A stretch of DNA of 42,115 bases from the NCBI GenBank assembly GCA_023254015.1, contig JALQYS010000093.1:1-42115 (forward strand), read 5' to 3'. The translations under genes were made by a program, and so were the position numbers. The notes below the pieces were generated by a model. The model ran no database searches. It saw only the letters and a list, made by a program, of their open reading frames with translations, and was not told the DNA's origin. Of the stretch, positions 36,287 through 42,115 are shown piece by piece; the first letter of the stretch is position 1, and each line of letters begins with the position of its first letter. Source of the DNA: Paracoccaceae bacterium (GTDB lineage: Bacteria > Pseudomonadota > Alphaproteobacteria > Rhodobacterales > Rhodobacteraceae).

Positions 36287-36919
36287 ATGGCCCGCACACC
36301 CCCCGATTTCTCGCACGAGACCCTTGCGCTGCATCTTGGCCCCGTTGCCGGTGTTGACGAGGTGGGGCGCGGCCCCTTGGCCGGCCCGGTCACCGCAGCC
36401 GCCGTGATCCTTGATCCCGCGCGCATCCCCGCAGGTCTGGGCGACAGCAAGACCCTGTCATCGGCGAAGCGCGAACGGCTTTTCGCCGAAATCATGGCAC
36501 AGGCACAGGTGTCGGTCGCCCATGCAAGCGTCGAAGAGATCGACACCCTGAACATCCTGCGTGCAAGCCATCTGGCGATGGAACGCGCGGTGGCAGGTCT
36601 GGCCGTGGCGCCCGCGCATGTGCTGGTGGACGGCAACCTTATCCCGGCCGGGCTGAAGGACCGCGCCGAGGCGATCGTGAAGGGCGATGCCAAATCACTG
36701 TCCATCGCCGCCGCCTCGATCATCGCCAAAGTGACGCGCGACAGGATCATGGTGGATTTGGCGCAACAGCATCCCGGCTATGGCTGGGAAACCAACGCCG
36801 GTTACCCCACGAAAGACCACCTTGAGGCCCTTCTAAATCTTGGTGTCACCGCTTGGCATAGACGTTCCTTCAGGCCCGTCCACAATATCTTGTATCAAGA
36901 GATTTCTGTAAGTCGTTGA
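36287..36919 (+). CDS. rnhB: Ribonuclease HII
   Basis: [53 protein letters not shown]. Confidence 0.97.
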   Translation: MARTPPDFSHETLALHLGPVAGVDEVGRGPLAGPVTAAAVILDPARIPAGLGDSKTLSSAKRERLFAEIMAQAQVSVAHASVEEIDTLNILRASHLAMERAVAGLAVAPAHVLVDGNLIPAGLKDRAEAIVKGDAKSLSIAAASIIAKVTRDRIMVDLAQQHPGYGWETNAGYPTKDHLEALLNLGVTAWHRRSFRPVHNILYQEISVSR

Positions 36920-36960
36920 TTCAAAAAGAATTTGACGCCGAATCGCCAATGAATCATCCT
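36909..36960 (+). promoter_or_regulatory. Putative ccrM promoter with three GANTC sites and an IHF-consensus site
   Basis: TTGACG(36932-36937)-N17-CATCCT(36955-36960); GANTC at 36918, 36940, 36951; TAAGTCGTTGATT (36909-36921) fits YAANNNNTTGATW. Confidence 0.6.
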
Positions 36961-36962
36961 GA

Positions 36963-38132
<1,170 letters not shown>

Positions 38133-38185
38133 ACCTCACGTAAGTCGGTTTACGCCTGTGCCGCGGTCCGCCTGCGGCACAACTC

Positions 38186-38217
38186 GCCCCGGCATGTCCG
38201 CATGCCGGGGCCTTTTG
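38186..38217 (+). terminator. Intrinsic terminator after ccrM
   Basis: GCCCCGGCATG-TCCG-CATGCCGGGGC followed by CTTTTG. Confidence 0.8.
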
Positions 38218-38233
38218 TCATTCCCCCAAGGTC

Positions 38234-38298
38234 CTCCTCGAGCACTGCGTGCACTCGTCGGAACGGCCCCGCGAAGAGTGCACGAAGTGCTCGATGAG
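38234..38298. repeat. Long imperfect inverted repeat between convergent ccrM and alkB
   Basis: TCGAGCACTGCGTGCACTCGTCG (38238-38260) vs CGAAGAGTGCACGAAGTGCTCGA (38272-38294), 21 of 23 positions paired. Confidence 0.8.
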
Positions 38299-38304
38299 CG
38301 CCCC

Positions 38305-39399
38305 TCAGCGCCCTGCCTTGGCCCATTCCGTCACGCCGGGATAGAATTGCCGCCGCCACGCCCGGACGCGGGGATTCATGCGGCGGCGCCAGAGCGGCGG
38401 GATCATCGCCAGCGTGGTCATGGCAGGATAGCCCATGGGCAGCATGGGCGCCTCGCTCTGTGGATAGGTCTGCAGCAAGGGAAAGCGGCGGTCTGGCTTG
38501 TAATGGTGGTCCGAATGGCGCTGCAGGTTGATCAGCAGCCAGTTCGATGCCTTCTGCGGCGCGTTCCAGCTGTGATGCGGGCGGACGGGCTCGTATCTGC
38601 CGTTCGGCAGTTTCTGCCGGACCAGCCCGTAGTGTTCGACATAATTGGTCAGCTCCAGCTGCCAGACGGCAAAGAAGGCCTGCAGGGCAAACAGAAGAAC
38701 ACCAAACCATCCGCCCACCAGATAGGCCGCCAGAACGGCGAGCGTCTGCAACAGGCCATAGCGCCAGAACGGGTTTGACCGGTGCCAGACCGGACGGCCG
38801 ACCTTGGCCAGACGCTCGGCCTCGGCCCGCCACGCTGAACGCGGGCAGGCCAGCAGAACCCGGAAGAAGAAGCGGTGGAAGCCCTCGTTATAGGGCGCCG
38901 TCACCGCATCGCGCGGGGTGCCGACGTGGGTGTGATGGACCAGAAGGTGCTCGGTGCGGAAATGGCTGTAAAGCACGGTCGCCAAGAGGAGATCGCCCAA
39001 AAGCCGCTCCCCCCGGTTGCCCTGATGCAACAGCTCATGGGCATAGACGATGCCGACGGTGCCCGAAGCGACGCCCACGCCGAACATCAGCGTGATGACT
39101 TCAACCCAACCCATATCGGCGCGGACAACCCACCAGATTGCGCCATAGATGATGGCCGCCTGCACCGGAAACCAGATCAGCGTAACCAGCCGATACCAGA
39201 AAAGATCGCTCTCCTCGGTCGTTGTGTCAGGGTTTTCCGTGTTCAACCCCAAAAGCAGGTCCAGAATCGTCACCAAAGCCCAAGCGTAAAGCGGCATCAG
39301 CATAACGGTCCAGCCGCCCTGCGTCACCCCCAGAGCGGCGAGCGGCACAAGACCCAGCGACAGCCAGAAGGGCAGCGCATCGCGAAATCGGTCGGGCAT
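38305..39399 (-). CDS. alkB: Alkane 1-monooxygenase (AlkB) family membrane diiron enzyme
   Basis: His boxes HELLH, EHLLVHH, NYVEHYG, LQRHSDHH; multiple TM helices. Confidence 0.9.
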   Translation of the reverse strand: MPDRFRDALPFWLSLGLVPLAALGVTQGGWTVMLMPLYAWALVTILDLLLGLNTENPDTTTEESDLFWYRLVTLIWFPVQAAIIYGAIWWVVRADMGWVEVITLMFGVGVASGTVGIVYAHELLHQGNRGERLLGDLLLATVLYSHFRTEHLLVHHTHVGTPRDAVTAPYNEGFHRFFFRVLLACPRSAWRAEAERLAKVGRPVWHRSNPFWRYGLLQTLAVLAAYLVGGWFGVLLFALQAFFAVWQLELTNYVEHYGLVRQKLPNGRYEPVRPHHSWNAPQKASNWLLINLQRHSDHHYKPDRRFPLLQTYPQSEAPMLPMGYPAMTTLAMIPPLWRRRMNPRVRAWRRQFYPGVTEWAKAGR

Positions 39400-39441
39400 G
39401 TCTGGCTCCCTTTTGCGGGCAGTCTAGGCGCGGCGGCCCGC

Positions 39442-40488
39442 TCACTCAACCGGAACGGATGTCGCAAGATCCCAGGCCTTGCGCATGAGGGTTGGCAGGT
39501 CATCGGGGCGGAAGTCGGTCACGAACTGGCCGCGTTCGGGGTTGCCATCGGCAGTCGCACTCTGCACCGCCAGGACCAGGTGGAAATGAGTGAAGGTGTG
39601 GCGTACCTCACCGACCGCCTGCCAAGGGGCACAGAGAGGCGGCTCGCCGCCCGCACCATCCCAGGCGTCACCGGGAAAGCCCAGCATGCCGCCCAGAAGC
39701 CCGCGCTCTGGCCGACGCTCCAGCAAGACCGCCCCATCCGCCCGCCGCAGAACCCAGACCACCCCCTGCCGCACTGGCTTGGCCGCCTTGGGCAGCTTGC
39801 GCGGCAATTCGGCCGCAAGGCCAGCCGCCTGCCCGGCACAAAGCCCCAGCAGCGGGCAAATCCCGCAGGCGGGCTTGCGCGGCGTGCAGATGGTCGCGCC
39901 AAGGTCCATCATCGCCTGGGCATGATCGCCGGGCCGGCCTTGCGGCGTCAGCAGACCCGCCAGCCGGACCAGTTCAGGCTTGGCCGCCGGCAATGGCGTG
40001 TCCACCGCAAAGAGCCGGGCGCAAACCCGCTCGACATTGCCATCCACCACCACCGCCGGCTCGTCAAAGGCAATCGAGGCCACCGCCGCCGCGGTGTAGG
40101 GCCCCACGCCGGGCAGAGCGCACAATCCCGCCGCCGTCTGCGGAAAGCAGCCGCCATGGTCACGCACCACGGCCCGCGCACAGGCCAGAAGATTCCGCGC
40201 CCGGGCGTAATAGCCAAGCCCCGCCCATTCCGCCATCACCGCGCCGTCGTCTGCCGCCGCAAGATCGCCCACCGTCGGCCAGCGCGCGACGAACCGGCGG
40301 AAATAGTCGCGCACCGCTGCAACCGTGGTCTGCTGCAACATGACCTCTGACAGCCAGACATGGTAGGGGTCAGGCCTCAGCCCCGCCATCCGATCTGCCG
40401 GCCCAACCCGCCAGGGCATGACCCGCGCCTGGCCGTCATACCAGCGCAGCAGCCTGCGCCCCGCCTCTTCACAATCCGTCTCACGCAA
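39442..40488 (-). CDS. mutY: A/G-specific adenine glycosylase
   Basis: PYHVWLSEVMLQQT, WAGLGYYARARN, LPGVGPYTA, VDGNVER, CTPRKPACGICPLLGLC FeS motif, HTFTHF. Confidence 0.96.
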   Translation of the reverse strand: MRETDCEEAGRRLLRWYDGQARVMPWRVGPADRMAGLRPDPYHVWLSEVMLQQTTVAAVRDYFRRFVARWPTVGDLAAADDGAVMAEWAGLGYYARARNLLACARAVVRDHGGCFPQTAAGLCALPGVGPYTAAAVASIAFDEPAVVVDGNVERVCARLFAVDTPLPAAKPELVRLAGLLTPQGRPGDHAQAMMDLGATICTPRKPACGICPLLGLCAGQAAGLAAELPRKLPKAAKPVRQGVVWVLRRADGAVLLERRPERGLLGGMLGFPGDAWDGAGGEPPLCAPWQAVGEVRHTFTHFHLVLAVQSATADGNPERGQFVTDFRPDDLPTLMRKAWDLATSVPVE

Positions 40489-40679
40489 GTTTTATCCCCG
40501 CCTTCCCGCCACCCCGGCATCAAAAACACTCATAACCATTTGACTAAAAATGCCTTTCATACTGGCGAAAAATATCGGACGTGGTTCGGGGGTGTGAAAC
40601 CCCTCGTCGCTTTGCCCCGCAATCCGCTTCCCTTTCCGTCCCGCGGCCTTAGAATAGCGCCAATCTCGGACAGGACCAG

Positions 40680-41210
40680 ATGGCCCGAACACCGCCCCTT
40701 CCCCATACCCGCCGCGAACGCGGGTTCGAACCGACCGGAGGGCTGCTCAAACAGCAGATCCGTCGCGTCGGGGAATCGCGTGGCTTTGCCGTGGCCCGCC
40801 TGCTGACCCATTGGCCGGAAATCGCAGGCGAGGATCTGGCCCGCGTCACGCGCCCGGTCAAGGTGGGCTATGGCCGCGATGGCATGGGGGCGACGCTGAC
40901 GCTTCTGACAACCGGCCCCATGGCACCGATGGTCGAGATGCAGAAGGAACGCCTGCGGGAAAAGGTGAACGCCACCTATGGCTATGCCGCGATTTCCCGC
41001 ATCCTTTTGACCCAGACCGCCGCCAGCGGCTTTGCCGAGGGGCAGGCGGCATTTGCCCCGGCCCCCAAGACCGCGCCCTCACCCGACCCTGCCGTGCTTG
41101 CCAAAGCCGCCGAAACCACCGCCCCGGTCAAGGACCCCGCCCTGCGCGCGGCCCTTGAAGCCATGGCACAGAATATCCTGACCCGCCGCAATCCAAAGGA
41201 AAGCGCATGA
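40680..41210 (+). CDS. DUF721 / DciA-family protein
   Basis: LLTHWPEIAGEDLARVTRPVKV...LREKVNATYGYAAISRILLTQ; mutY-divergent, dsbA-upstream context. Confidence 0.85.
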   Translation: MARTPPLPHTRRERGFEPTGGLLKQQIRRVGESRGFAVARLLTHWPEIAGEDLARVTRPVKVGYGRDGMGATLTLLTTGPMAPMVEMQKERLREKVNATYGYAAISRILLTQTAASGFAEGQAAFAPAPKTAPSPDPAVLAKAAETTAPVKDPALRAALEAMAQNILTRRNPKESA

Positions 41211-41836
41211 CCATGAAAAAGACCCTTGCCTCCGGCCTGATGGCCCTGACGCTGGCCTTCGGCCTTGGCGGTTTCGCCAGCGCGCAGGAAACCGCGCCAG
41301 CCACCGCGACCGAGATCAAGGATTTCTCGATCGGCAACCCGGACGCCAAGGTGAAGATCACGGAATACGCCTCGTTCACCTGCCCGCATTGCGCGAATTT
41401 CCATGACACGGTGTTCAAGCCGCTAAAGGCGGACTACATCGACACGGGCAAGGTGCATTTCACCTATCGTGAGGTCTATTTCGACCGCTACGGTCTGTGG
41501 GCGGCGATGGTGGCGCGCTGCGGCGGCGACATGCGCTATTTCGGGATTTCCGACATGCTGTTCGACACGCAAAAGGAATGGCCCGCCTCTGATGATCCCA
41601 ATGTCGTCGTCGAAAACCTGAAAAAGATCGGTCGCACCGCCGGGATGGATGACGTGACGCTGGACGCCTGCATGAAGGACGGCGCGATGGCCGAGGCGAT
41701 GGTCAAACGGTTCGAGGAAAACATGAAGGCCGACGAGGTGGAAGGCACGCCCACGCTGTTCATCAACGGCGTCAAGCATGCCAACATGTCCTATGACGAT
41801 CTGAAAGCCATCATCGAAGCAGAACTGGCCAAATAA
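41207..41836 (+). CDS. DsbA-family thiol:disulfide oxidoreductase
   Basis: Signal peptide, GNPDAKVKITEYASFTCPHCANFH, EGTPTLFING. Confidence 0.93.
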   Translation: MTMKKTLASGLMALTLAFGLGGFASAQETAPATATEIKDFSIGNPDAKVKITEYASFTCPHCANFHDTVFKPLKADYIDTGKVHFTYREVYFDRYGLWAAMVARCGGDMRYFGISDMLFDTQKEWPASDDPNVVVENLKKIGRTAGMDDVTLDACMKDGAMAEAMVKRFEENMKADEVEGTPTLFINGVKHANMSYDDLKAIIEAELAK

Positions 41837-42115
41837 ATGAACACTCCGCTTGCCGGCATCAAGGTTGTCGAACTCGCCCGTATACTGGCCGGTCCCTGGG
41901 CCGGTCAGACCCTGTCTGACCTTGGCGCCGATGTCATCAAGGTCGAGGCGCCCGAGGGCGACGACACCCGCCGCTGGGGCCCGCCCTTCATCGACCGCGA
42001 CGGCGAGAAATCGGCGGCCTATTTCCACGCCACCAACCGCGGCAAGCGCGGCATCACCTGCGATTTCCGCACGCCCGAGGGGCAGGAAACCGTGCGCCGT
42101 CTGGTGGCCGATGCC
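41837..42115 (+). CDS. CaiB/BaiF family (class III) CoA transferase, 3'-truncated by window edge
   Basis: MNTPLAGIKVVELARILAGPWAGQTLSDLGADVIKVEAPEGDDTRRWGPP...NRGKRGI. Confidence 0.93.
   Translation, partial: MNTPLAGIKVVELARILAGPWAGQTLSDLGADVIKVEAPEGDDTRRWGPPFIDRDGEKSAAYFHATNRGKRGITCDFRTPEGQETVRRLVADA

Overview
High-GC alphaproteobacterial chromosomal window, most consistent with Rhodobacteraceae/Paracoccaceae. Left end: partial enoyl-CoA hydratase, rpsT and dnaA. dnaA is not followed by dnaN but by a terminator, a convergent HI0933-like flavoprotein, an MscS channel and a small HNH protein. Centre (5.7-30.4 kb): a ~25-kb flagellar cluster with fliI, flgBC-fliE-fliQ-flgFGAH-fliL, flhA-fliR-flhB, a lytic transglycosylase, motA, motE, a second fliL, fliF-fliH-fliN-fliP, flgEKLI and motB. 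Near-consensus CtrA boxes lie in four of its intergenic regions. fliG, fliM, flagellin, flgD and fliK are not in the window. Right part: an RND efflux pair downstream of a two-TM, C-terminal winged-helix regulator and a small secreted two-Cys protein, then rnhB, ccrM, alkB, mutY, DUF721/DciA, DsbA and a partial CoA transferase. No rRNA, tRNA, CRISPR, transposase or integrase was seen. The best candidates for an undescribed system are (i) the secreted-partner plus membrane-anchored wHTH locus next to the RND pump and (ii) a putative stator-scaffold module (pflI-like, motE, motA, 743-aa periplasmic protein, transglycosylase) together with a MotB whose peptidoglycan-binding motif is altered. All calls were made by eye, without database searches.
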